Position numbers and translations under genes: made by a program
In this document: piece after piece, positions 40,557-51,696 of the stretch
How the letters are laid out: each line of letters opens with the position of its first letter
Position numbering within the stretch: position 1 is the first letter of the stretch
Notes under the pieces: generated by a model
Told to the model about the DNA's origin: nothing
Database searches by the model: none
Seen by the model: only the letters and a program-made list of their open reading frames with translations
Assembly (NCBI GenBank): GCA_951406725.2
Contig: OX597817.1
Span: 146,072,001-146,136,000, forward strand
Length of the DNA: 64,000 nt
Direction: 5' to 3'
DNA from: Octopus vulgaris
Taxonomy: Eukaryota

Positions 40557-41764
40557 TATGTTTGTCTGTCTCTCCTCTGTGTGTGTGTGCAAGGAGTATT
40601 TGGTAAATCTGCATTACAAACAGTTTATATACATTGCTCAAAAGAAAACATGTCTTCATTCACAATCTTTATATAAAAAGTCTTTTATTGATTATATTCC
40701 ACTGGTGAACACTGTGTCTGGTGTAGGATTAATTTCTTAGAATTTCCTGTCACATTTGTCTTCTTTCGTAAATTTTAACTTGTAACAACTAAATATTTGG
40801 CTGGTTGACAGAAAAACAAAAATCTGTGTGAAGTCCAAATACAAAAATATGCTGTCATTTCAATGAATGACAAAAAAGAAGTAATTTACACAAAGTGAAT
40901 CAGCTTGTGTTTGTCTGTGAGAAATGTGTGCATCAGCAATGAAAGTGGATTGTTAAAGCTGATGAATTTTGTAGCCAAATTTGGCTGATGTAAGTTCCCC
41001 CTATAAGATGACTTTTTTTGTCATAACCACTTATCAGTTACCAAACATATATACCTAATGGTTTGTCCAGAAAGGCGACAAGCTGGCAAAATTCTTAGCA
41101 TGCCGAGCGAAATACTTAGCGGTATTTCATCTGCCGCTACGTTCTGAGTTCAAATTCCGCCGAGGTTAACTTTGCCTTTCATCCTTTTGGGGTCGATTAA
41201 ATAAGTACCAGTTATGCACTGGGGTCGATATAATTGACTTAATCCGTTTATCTATCCTTGTTTGTCCCCTCTGTGTTTAGCCCCTTGTGGGTAGTAAAGA
41301 AATAGGTTTGTCCAGATAAAGAGCACCAAAGACAAAATCATTAATGACATTCCAATATGTTAATTACAACAACTGGTATTCTGACAAGTTAAGCATCTAC
41401 TGGTTCTATTGTATCTTTGTTGGTCAGCCCTGCTACTGATGTAAACTGGTTCTTAATGTGTCCACCAAAGACTTGAATGGTTAGCAGATTGCTATTTTCA
41501 TTGATCCCTGACAAAATCCTGTTTGGGTGTTGACACTTGCTCTCACATCTGAATAGAGTGATTCAAGATAAATTCCAAGGTAATGAGTTGATGTTTGGGA
41601 ATCTGCTAATATTCCTGCTACAAACTCAACAAGAATTTGTAAATAATAGAAATAATATATTTAATTTTATTTATAAAGAATAAAAAGTTTTGAATGGTAC
41701 AATGCACTATAATACAAAAAATGGACTATGTACCTGTTGTAATTTAGTTATACCTAGTCCAATG

Positions 41765-42425
41765 ATATTTCAGAATACAATTCCTTCTTCAGCTATTCTT
41801 AGATGGAGTCGCTGCTATAATCGGTTTTCCAATGGCTTTTCTTTTTTCGGAAGTGTCTCAGCAGTGGTCTCACACAGCTCTTTCCGGAATTCCTCATGAG
41901 AAGTGCATGAGGTTGGCCATGTCTCAATTTCGTGTGTGTTGGTACTTCTGTAGCGCTGCTTCTAAGTTATGTATTATACATGCAGCTTCCTTCCCCCCCT
42001 TTTTTTCCTCTTCTCTTTTTGTTTTGTTATAAACAATAGATGAGCATATCAAAAATGAACCGACACGCATCCAGATGTAGCTAAATAATATATTGATTAC
42101 CAACCTTCAGCCTGTTGTTAATTTGGGGTCCTAGTCTGTGTATGAGTATAGCTTCCTTAATTCTTAAATTGACCAAATTTCTTTCATTGGCCTCAATTGT
42201 GACTGTTATGCTTTTGTCGGTGTTCCAGCATCTGTCTAGATGTTTTCTGAAGGAGGAGGCTCTCGTGTTCAGATGTTCTTTGATGCGAAAGTGTAAAGGT
42301 CTTGTTGTGCTACCCACATAGAACTTGTTGCATTTGTTACATTGTATTCTATAGACAACATTTACCCATTGGCGTAAATCTGCATCACGGATGGGACAAT
42401 TTGTTGATATTTACTGAATTTGTTA
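41765..42425 (-). mobile_element. Penelope-like element remnant (GIY-YIG endonuclease + 3' region) in the intron
   Basis: Minus frame reads CPIRDADLRQWVNVVYRIQCNKCNKFYVGSTTRPLHFRIKEH...LRIKEAILIH...PQIN. Decayed hammerhead-like core CTGAAGA-AGGAAT-TGT-ATTCT-GAAA at ~41768-41793. Confidence 0.82.
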
Positions 42426-42477
42426 AATCTGATGATTCAAGTAATTATTTCTTTTTTTTTCTCTCTTTTCCTTCCAG

Positions 42478-42842
42478 AAACTAACGAAAGACCATCATTT
42501 TTCTCCACGCCGACATATCCTTTTATTGCTGTTGTTTCCATTATAAGTTTAGCCATCACATCTTGGGTGGGAATCTTTCTCTGTACAGACTGTTACAATT
42601 CTGAGGTTGGCAGTATGAACCATCCAGCTTGTAAGACCCAGAAAACAAGCCATCCAATACCACAAGCAAATCCACTTGCTATGCATTATGGCATATCTCA
42701 ACCAACATTTCCAATGCCACAACCATATTCAACAGAACCTCAAACTGTACCATCTGCACCTTCTCTAGAACCTGCGGCCTCTTTATACTTTTCACCACAG
42801 AGGTATGGGGCAATGAAAGGTTATGACACCAATGTCTACTAA
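42478..42842 (+). CDS. Last coding exon: short ectodomain, TM helix, CxxC, Pro/Tyr-rich cytoplasmic tail (spliced product 142 aa, family unknown)
   Basis: Long polypyrimidine tract + CAG at 42475-42477. Phase 1 matches the 40198 donor (G+AA = Glu). TM segment FIAVVSIISLAITSWVGIFL. Non-repetitive sequence ending in TAA. Confidence 0.75.
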
Positions 42843-43067
42843 CAAAACTCCTTTGGAACATTGAACCTCATTATCATTTTGTTTATTTGCTCAAATTTTG
42901 TCATATAGTTCCTTAATATTTATAGAAACATTATTAACAAGGGCTTTCAAACATTTGTTTAAATGTTAACCTTTATTGTTCATCAGCTTTTAATGTAATG
43001 TTTGTCTCTGTTAGAATGGTCTTCAGAGCAAATTCATTTGTATTTTAAATAATATAAGCATTATTCA

Positions 43068-43098
<31 letters not shown>

Positions 43099-43609
43099 CC
43101 CCTGTTGTAGCCATGTAGGATTTCAGCAGGTCTGGACAACTTCTCTTGAAATCCATGCAAACATAAATATTATCTAGTTTTTGGAGGTTTTTTTTTCCTT
43201 TTTCACTTACTATACAGATTATGGTGGATCCAGTTTAAAAACTGATGACTGCCCCTTTGGTTGATATTTTAATTAAACTTATATAACACACACAAACATA
43301 CACACACAATTATTACACTTCTGCCAGCTTAAACATTCCCTCTGACCTGACCATCCTATTATATTTATATATATATACTCAAAATAAGCAACAAGGATAT
43401 CCAAAGGTAGTGTAGTACAATTGTTTCATGCTACTTCATTTAATTAAACAATGTAAGTATTACATCAGTTTTAAAATGTAGAGCACTCTTCAGGCATATA
43501 TGGAATTTTTAAAATTAAATTGACAATGTTCATTTTTATACTTATTCCATTACAAAGAGGGTAGATATATACCCTCTGAATCTAAATTTTTGCTGAACTT
43601 ATAATACCA

Positions 43610-43651
<42 letters not shown>

Positions 43652-46600
43652 AAATAAGAAAATGGAGAAATACATCGAAATCAAATATCAATTACCAGAT
43701 AATACTCAACCACATACTTTATTAAACCACCACATAAGAAACTATTAGGTTAAACATAATAATGTAGGGTAAAACAGTGTACATGAAGGAGTGTACATAA
43801 AATAGTAATGTTATACAATAAGTAGAATATGTATAATAGAAAATAAATATAAGTACACATATACGTGTGTATGTATACACACACATAATAATATATATAA
43901 TGCATATTTGTTTTTCTAGTTATTGTGTAGTTTACCTTTGCTGTGTCTTACTTTATTGAACAAATATTTAATATAACATTCTTATGTCTATCATTATTCA
44001 CTGTCAACTGTCTTGACCTTGCCTACTGGTTTGGAAGCTCTGTATCAAATTTCCCATGTGAGATAGTCATCTTAAAAAGCAAAAGGTCATATTAAATATT
44101 GTAGGCCTAGATACATATTCCCCCCAAGGCTGGAAAAATCTGCTCAGTCACTGTTGATTGAGGTTGAATAACAACAACAACAATTTTATTGCATTGTCAC
44201 TGTTTAACAATGTTTTGTTTGCATTTAAGTTTATATTTTAATATACTTGATCAAGTTTTACATTTTGCCTGCCAATCTAATTTTGTACTATACTTTCTTT
44301 TGTACCAATGATTTAATTTTGCTATAAATTATGCATCTTTTAATTTTTTTGATAATGATGATGATGATACACATAAACTACCACATTGATTTATTGCATG
44401 GGTATCACTGGATTCACCTGTCGTACATAACAAATATATTTATTCTGAACTGCATGAGTCACCTGTGAGACACATGTTAATAAATGCTAAAACATCAATT
44501 ATACTTCCATTTATGGATTTTTTTCTCTACAGAATTTATAAGCCCTAATGGCTTGTTTTTCACAAAAATTATTTTATGGAGGGTAGCATTCCAATGATGG
44601 AGATGACAGTGACTTGCACCCTTCTGATACCTGTGTTCTGTACATTTCTTCAGATTCGAATAATGTGGTTTTAACCACAGTAAAGATACACTCCGTGGAA
44701 ATAGCATCAGCACTGGGAGTCACTGGTGACTCCCAATGGTAGATTAAGAATATAGTATAAATCTCTGGTGACTCCTATAATATATTAAGTATATAGCATG
44801 GGGATAGGGTCATTGGTAACCCTCAGGACAAGAAAGATGTTAATGTATGCATATTAAAAGATTGAAATTAAAAAGCCTGGAAGTAAACACATGTGTTAGT
44901 GATAAGGTCTACAGAATGGTAATAGTATTAGGGATGTGGTCTTTTGTGGTATTGAAACAAGAAGAGATTGGCAGGAATTTATTACTGTGGAGGAAGTATA
45001 AGAAAATATTTTGACAAGAAAATCTGATGAGAGACTAAAACTAGGTGCTCTAAATGCATTGCAGTATTTTGCAGTGTGACCAACCATCAGAACTGGATAA
45101 ATATGGATGTAAAGGACAAGAATAATAAATGATGTACATAAGTTACCTTTCATTTTCTACACGCTTCCAGAAAGACAAGCATCTACTGGCTTAATATGCA
45201 TTGGGCACTAAACTCTGCTTGCAAAGACCTATTGAGGCAAGTGAAATCGAAATTGAAATCAAATTCGATGACTGGCATCCATGCTAGTGGAGTGCTAAGA
45301 GCACCATCCGAGCGTGATCGTTGCCAAAACTACAAACTCCTTCCTGTGCCGGTGGCACGTAAAAAGCACCATTTCAGCGTGATCGTTACCTGCGTTGCCT
45401 TACTGGCACTTGTGCTGGTGGCACGTGAAAAACATTCGAGCGAGGTCGTTGCCAGTGTCACTGGACTGGCTCCTGTGTAGGTGGCATATAAAAAGCACTA
45501 TTTGAGCGTGGCCGTTGCCAGTATCATTAAATGATGATGATGATGTATATTGACAAACATCATGTGATGACAAAAGAGGTTGACCTCGATATCATTGGGA
45601 ATAGAGGAATATATTTATTAAATGATGCAGTGATGGAGACTTACATTTAGAACTTTAAATTTCTGTGTCAACAAGTCTCTTGTATGGGGACAAACAAGGA
45701 CAGACAAACAGATTAAGTCGATTATATCGACCCCAGTGCGTAACTGGTACTTATTTAATCAATCCCGAAAGGATGAAAGGCAAAGTCAACCTCGGCGGAA
45801 TTTGAACTCAGAACGTAGTGGCAGACGAAATACTGCTAAGAATTTTGCCCGGCGTGCTAATGATTCTGCCAGCTCGCTGCCTTGAGAATGGCTGAAAATT
45901 CTTGCTGCTTTCTGATTGGTCCAGTAAACCGGTGAAAAAAGATGAGTGAATAAGACTCAACTTGATTGATGAGAGTTGCTAAAAGACTGTGGATTGTTTG
46001 GACGGCTTTTATGAAAATAATAAACTTCTGCTTAGTTTTTTTTTTACTTAATTAATGCTAGCAGTGGAGCTAGAACTAATATATAGTAAAATAGGAGGTG
46101 GAAAAATTTTGAGGGAAATGTTACTTCTGTCAGCAGTAAAGGGTTTCTCTTTTGTTAGAAAATTAAAAGAAGTGTGAGGCTGTTGTCAGTAAAACACTGA
46201 TAGTAGTGAATATAAAGGATGAAATCGAGTGTGGTGTACAAGATGTTGGTGTTTGAGAAAGGCAAGGAAGTTGACATGGTGTCAAAGTCATTGGATTGCA
46301 TTTATAGGAAAGACAGTTTCACTTATAGAACTATGGAGTATGAATGAATGAAGGATGCTTAGTTTAAAAACTATGTTGTAAGTCCACAATGGAAACAACA
46401 GTCAAACAGAGACATTGAAAAGCCTGGAGAAGTGGATGGATCGAACTTGTTTGGATTTCACAGATGATGCAATGCAGGAGTAAGCTGATGCCATCTTTGA
46501 GAAAAAAAAAAAAAAAACATGATCATGAAATATAAAGCAAAATTATTTTTATATTTACTGGCACTGCTCCAGCATGGCCACAGCCTTTGGGCTGAAATGC

Positions 46601-47298
46601 ATAAAAGAATAAGTGTTGCTTACATATAATTGTTAAACTTAATATTGTAATATATAGAAACTATTTATCTTTTTTTCTTCCCATTTTACAATCTCAACCT
46701 TTAATCAATCCTCTTAATGTTATCATCGTTGCATTTGTTGTTATCGTTATATTTAGTTTATTCACTGTGATAATTATGATTATGGTGATGAAATTAAATC
46801 ATCTTTTTCTAACTGATGTCCACATTTTTGTGTCTTATGGGTATATTTTGTGTTATCTGAAGCAAAGTTTTAAAATTCCACTGAGTGACATTTATTAAAA
46901 AATAACTTTTTTTTTTGTCATTGGACTTGAAAAGTTAATCTTAGAGTTGCGAGTACAATGTGTTACTATAGCAATGAATCAAACTAAAAATCTTATGGGT
47001 TTAACATATAAATATTTTAACTTTTTCACAAAACATAAATCATCCCTGTGGTTTATTCTCTTATTTTTTATGACTATTTTTGTAAAAATGTTCAATGTTG
47101 TTATCTTTGATATTGTTTCCTTATAAAATAACTGCTGATGTTTTTACAAGAACTTTTCCTGCCACTATATGGAGTGAGAATGCATTTTAAAGTTGTAATA
47201 TTTTCCTCAAAACTGCATAATAAATAAATGTTTTAATGCAATATATAAAATTATTGGAATTATACCTGTCTACAGTGCATTACCCTGGTGCTTTCGTG

Positions 47299-47355
<57 letters not shown>

Positions 47356-47524
47356 TACTATCTGATTTGCTTGAACTGTTATTATTTGGATGTATTTATC
47401 ATTTTTCTAAATAAACAACAAACAAAATATGTTGTTGCTGGTTTCTTATCCAAATTCATTTTTTTCTCATATGTTTTTAACCATGAGAGAAATAATTATT
47501 TCTTTATTATTTATTATGAAATAG

Positions 47525-47815
47525 TGGAGGCACATGGCCTAGTGGATAGAGCAGTGGACTTGTGGTTGAGGAATTGCGGGTTCGAATCTCAAGACCGGAC
47601 TATGTGTGTGTTTATGAGCGAAACACCTAAGTTCCACGCGACTCCGGCAGAAGGTAATAGTGGACTTCTACTGACTCTTTCGCCACAACTTCTCATTCTT
47701 TCCTCCTGCATCTTGCAGCTCACCTGCGACAGACTGGCGTCCCGTCCAGGTGGGGAACCTATACGTCAAGGAAACCGGCCCTTATCAGCCAGGTATGGCT
47801 TGAGAAGGAACAAAC
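47525..47815 (+). mobile_element. tRNA-headed SINE with a third 3' module (related copy at ~1270-1570, minus)
   Basis: Shared head tggaggcacatggcctagtgg...gagcgaaacacctaag, then cacctgcgacagactggcgtcccgtccagg. Confidence 0.8.
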
Positions 47816-48027
47816 ATTATGAAATAACAATTACAAAAAGTTCTTGTGAGGAAGACAGTAGTCCAATGTTTCAAACAGGATCTGTTCCTCCTTTTCGTTG
47901 CAAACTAATTCATCCCATATTCTGCACCATTTTGTACTTATTAATGTACCAAAAAAAGACCATCATTAGTTGTTTTTTCAATACATATGTCACAAGAAAC
48001 CATCTTAAAATTTGATTTTATTAAATA

Positions 48028-48305
48028 CTTGCAGTATCGCCCGGCGTTGCTCGGGTTTGTTTCAACCCTTTAGAATTGGAATGTTTGAAAAGTAAAAATT
48101 TTGCATTATGTAGCTTGTTATTCTCTTTAAGTGAACATTTTTCTGGTTGAAATACACCGAAAAATGGTGACACAGCAGTCAAAAAATAGGGATTTTCATA
48201 GAAAAAAAGCACCATTTTCATGTAAATAATTTTTGGTGTTAACATGGTCTGATTTGAAGGCTACCAAACCTGCCATACACAGACAACTTCAGCTTTATAT
48301 ATAGA
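48028..48305 (-). mobile_element. Non-autonomous Helitron
   Basis: Minus strand begins A|TCTATATATAAAGC and ends with the hairpin CCCG-AGCAACGC-CGGG about 10 nt before CAAG|T (degenerate CTAG), inserted in an A|T site. Confidence 0.7.
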
Positions 48306-48879
48306 TGAGTAATTACAGTGTTAGATTATTAGTCCACAGGTTTTTAGGTTCAAACTCTGCTCTAATTCAAAACACTACATAGGTTGTTCAAATTGCATAT
48401 CCCAGTATAGTAATTCTTCAGCTGTATGAGAGTAAGACTCTGGTACAAGTGATGCAGTTGTGTCATCATTGAATGCAAATCTTGAATCCTTTTTGAAAAA
48501 TTCAAGTGAACACCCACTTCTTTACAAACACTTTCCCTCTTCTGTATCATCAAATCACTCTCACCAAAGACTGCTTTTCATTGAACTAAACATGTGGAAG
48601 TACTGTCGTTAATTGTTGATTGTTTGTAGTTTGATTCTTGTAGATGTAATTTTTTCTTTTGCATGTGTGTAGGGTGTGATAGTTCTCATATCCTATTTGG
48701 AACATGGATCATTTCTTAAAATGAATTTGTTTTGGTGTCTACCTCTAGACATGGTCTCAGTCCTCTTATTTTATTTGACAATGCAGCATTTTTCTGTGGT
48801 GCACAATCAATTATTTCTCATTTTATTGTTGTGGTTATGCTGTTTTCTCTTAATTCCCATATGTAATTAGAGAAGGTCA

Positions 48880-49125
48880 CTGCATTTTTTTTTCTAATCC
48901 AGAATGTGTGTTGTATCTATCTTTGAAAATTCCACTGGTAACACCATTTATTTTTTCTTTTTCTGATTTGTCCATTTTATGACACTGCTCCATTATAGAC
49001 CATTTGTAGGTAGCTTCATTGTAATGGATATCTTCTTGTGTTCTTTGGCATGTACAAGGAGACATCAATTTCAACAAGAGATCAGAAAAACCTCTTTGCA
49101 AACAAGACAAAAATCCAATATGCAA
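48880..49125 (-). mobile_element. Possible highly decayed Penelope-like GIY-YIG fragment
   Basis: CTCQ...KINGVTSGIFKDRYNTH resembles YxGxTxxxFKxRYxxH. Confidence 0.35.
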
Positions 49126-49328
49126 TAGATGGAGACACCCACCAAGAACTCCTCAATAAATGCATTTAAAATAAAATTAGCCCCCCCATATATACAACAA
49201 ACAGAGAAGCAAAATAACTACCAATGAAAATGAAAATAGAAGGCAGAGTTAAATGCCTAAGAAAAAGACAAGCGTATAAAGGACCACATCTCAATATGAC
49301 CAACCCCTTATATATATATATATATATA

Positions 49329-49920
49329 TCATCATCATCATCATCATTTAGCGTCCGTTTTCCATGCTAGCATGGGTTGGACGGTTCAACTGGGGTCTGT
49401 GAAGCTGGAAGGCTTCATCAGGCCCAGTCAGATCTGGCAGTGTTTCTACGGCTGGATGCCCTTCCTAACGCCAGCCACTCCGTGAGTGTAGTGGGTGCTT
49501 TTTACGTGTCACCAGCACGGGGGCCAGGCGAGGCTGGTAACGGACACGAACGGATGGTGCTTTTACGTGCCACCGACACGGGGGCCAGACAGAGCTGGCA
49601 AACGGCCACGAACGGATGGTGCTTTTATGTGTCACCGGCACGGGGGCCAGGCGAGGCTGGCAACGAACACGAATGGATGGTGCTTTTACGTGCCACCGAC
49701 ATGGGGGCCAGACAGAGCTGGCAAACGGCCATGAACGGATGGTGCTTTTACGTGCCACCGACGCGGAGGCTAGACGGGGCGGCGCCGGCAACGACCATGA
49801 TCGGATGGTTCGCTTAACCACAGCTGCAATTCCCACTGATGTTGATCAACCTCAATTTGGTTCTGCTTTCTGATATATGAATTGATTTGGTTTGATTTTG
49901 ATTTTGACTATTCTCACTGG
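49329..49920 (-). mobile_element. (GAT)n-tailed retro-repeat (RTE-type 3' end) with five internal ~61-bp subrepeats (other copies at ~6390-6635, 6690-6945, 11738-12015, 14505-14820, 20605-20938, 26765-27205, 38215-38524, 45180-45545, 57572-58065)
   Basis: Conserved ttaggaagggcatccagc...ccaacccatgctagcatggaaa..ggacg.taaa.gatgatgat end. Variable 5' truncation. Subrepeat core ggtggcacgtaaaaagcacc. Confidence 0.8.
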
Positions 49921-51696
49921 TCTTGCCGGGTTTTCTCACGCACATATATATATATATATAGGCGCAGGAGTGGCTGTGTGGTAAGTAGCTTGTTTACTAA
50001 CCACATGGTTCCGGGTTCGGGCAAGTGTCTTCTACTATAGTCTCGGGCCGACCAAAGCCTTGTGAGTGGATTTGGTAGGCGGAAACTGAAAGAAGCCCGT
50101 CGTATATATGTATATATATATATGCGTGTGTGTGTTTGTGCGTCTGTGTTTGTCCCCCTTGCATTGCTTGACAACTGATGCTGGTGTGTTTATGTCCCCG
50201 TTACTTAGCGGTTCGGCAAAAGAGACCGATAGAATAAGTACCAGGCTTACAAAAGAATAAGTCCCGGGGTCGAGTTGCTCGATTAAAGGTGGTGCTCCAG
50301 CATGGCCACAGTCAAATGACTGAAACAAGTAAAAGAGTAATATATATATATATATGCATAGAAATACGCATATCCATACACACACATACATTACATACAC
50401 ACTATATATATATATATATATATGTCCAACCCATGCTAGCATGGAAAGCGGACGCTAAACGATGATGATGATATATATTATATACATATGTCCTCATCAT
50501 TTAACATCCATTGTCTATGCTGGCATGGGTTGGATGGTTTGACTAGGGCTGCACCAGACTCCAGTCTGATTTGGCATGGTTTCTGTGGCTGGGTGCCCTT
50601 TCTAATGCCAACCACTATGAGAGTGTAATGGGTACTTTTTACATGCCACAATTACCATTTCATTTGGCTTGATGGGTCTTCTACTCAAGCACAGCATATT
50701 GCCAAAGGTCTTGGTGGTCATGTCATTGCCTCGATGAGGTTCAACACTAGAAAGGTGTTTTTTACTTAACAACAGCATTATACTCTTACTTTTTTACTTG
50801 TTTCAGTCATTTGACTGTGGCCATGCTGGAGCACTGCCTTAGTCGAGAAAATCGACCCCTTTGTAAGCCTAGTACTTATTCTATCAGTTGCTTTTGCTGA
50901 ACCACTAAGTTACAGGGACGTAAACACACCAGCATCGGTTGTCAAGCAATGTTGGGGGTACAAACACACACACACACATATATATATATACAAGCTTCTT
51001 TCAGTTTCCGCCTACCAAATCCACTCATAAGGCTTTGGTCAGCCCGAGGCTATAGCAGAAGACACTTAACCAAGGTGTCATGCAGTGGGACTGAACCCAG
51101 AACCACGTGGTTGGTAAATAAGCTACTTACCACACAACCACTCCTATGCCTTTTATGTTTCTATAATCTTAACACATATATACATACAAGATTTTCACCA
51201 CAAAATAATCCCTGAATCATGGCTGGCCAGGGTGTTGTGACCTAGCAGTTGATGATTTGAATCCCATCAGTAACAAAACTAATTACCTTTTATTTATGAA
51301 CTAAATAAATTACTGAGACAAAAATTTCTTAACAGTCCAGTCCACTGTACACATCCATGAATCAAAAGCCCTATGATAATCAGGGAGGACTCTCTGGTTG
51401 AAAACGAGATGAGGGTTCCGCAAAGCTGAAATAACCTGCTGAGATGATTTTTTTACAGTGGTCAAATATTTGTACAGTACATTAGCTCGCTCACTCCATC
51501 AAATCGATATTGCACATACAGGTGCAATGTGTGCCACATCAGATGCTGAAGTGAGCATATAGCAACATGAAATGTCTTGGCATGGTTTGACAGGAGCTGG
51601 CCAGGCAGCATGTCTGTTTTAATAATAATAATAATAATAATAATAATTGTGTACAGTGCTCAGGTGCACTACAACTCATCTAAAGTGTATATATAA

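Noticed and set aside
40811-40989. Cys-containing segment ending in GTAAGT as an ectodomain exon
   Set aside because: Stops in the required frame and a weak acceptor. Possibly a decayed transposon piece.
41775-41910. Middle coding exon of the membrane-protein gene
   Set aside because: Its open frame starts in phase 2, not phase 1, and the sequence is the antisense 3' region of a Penelope remnant.
43445-43500. Hammerhead-like CTGAAGA...AAAAC on minus
   Set aside because: Core and stems too degenerate to call.
47236-48015. 259-aa ORF
   Set aside because: Runs through (AT)n, AT-rich sequence and a SINE, with no protein-like motifs.
49495-49810. CRISPR-like pattern of a conserved ~20-bp core with ~40-bp spacers
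   Set aside because: Eukaryotic context with no cas genes. The spacers are homologous to each other, and the array is part of a dispersed retro-repeat.
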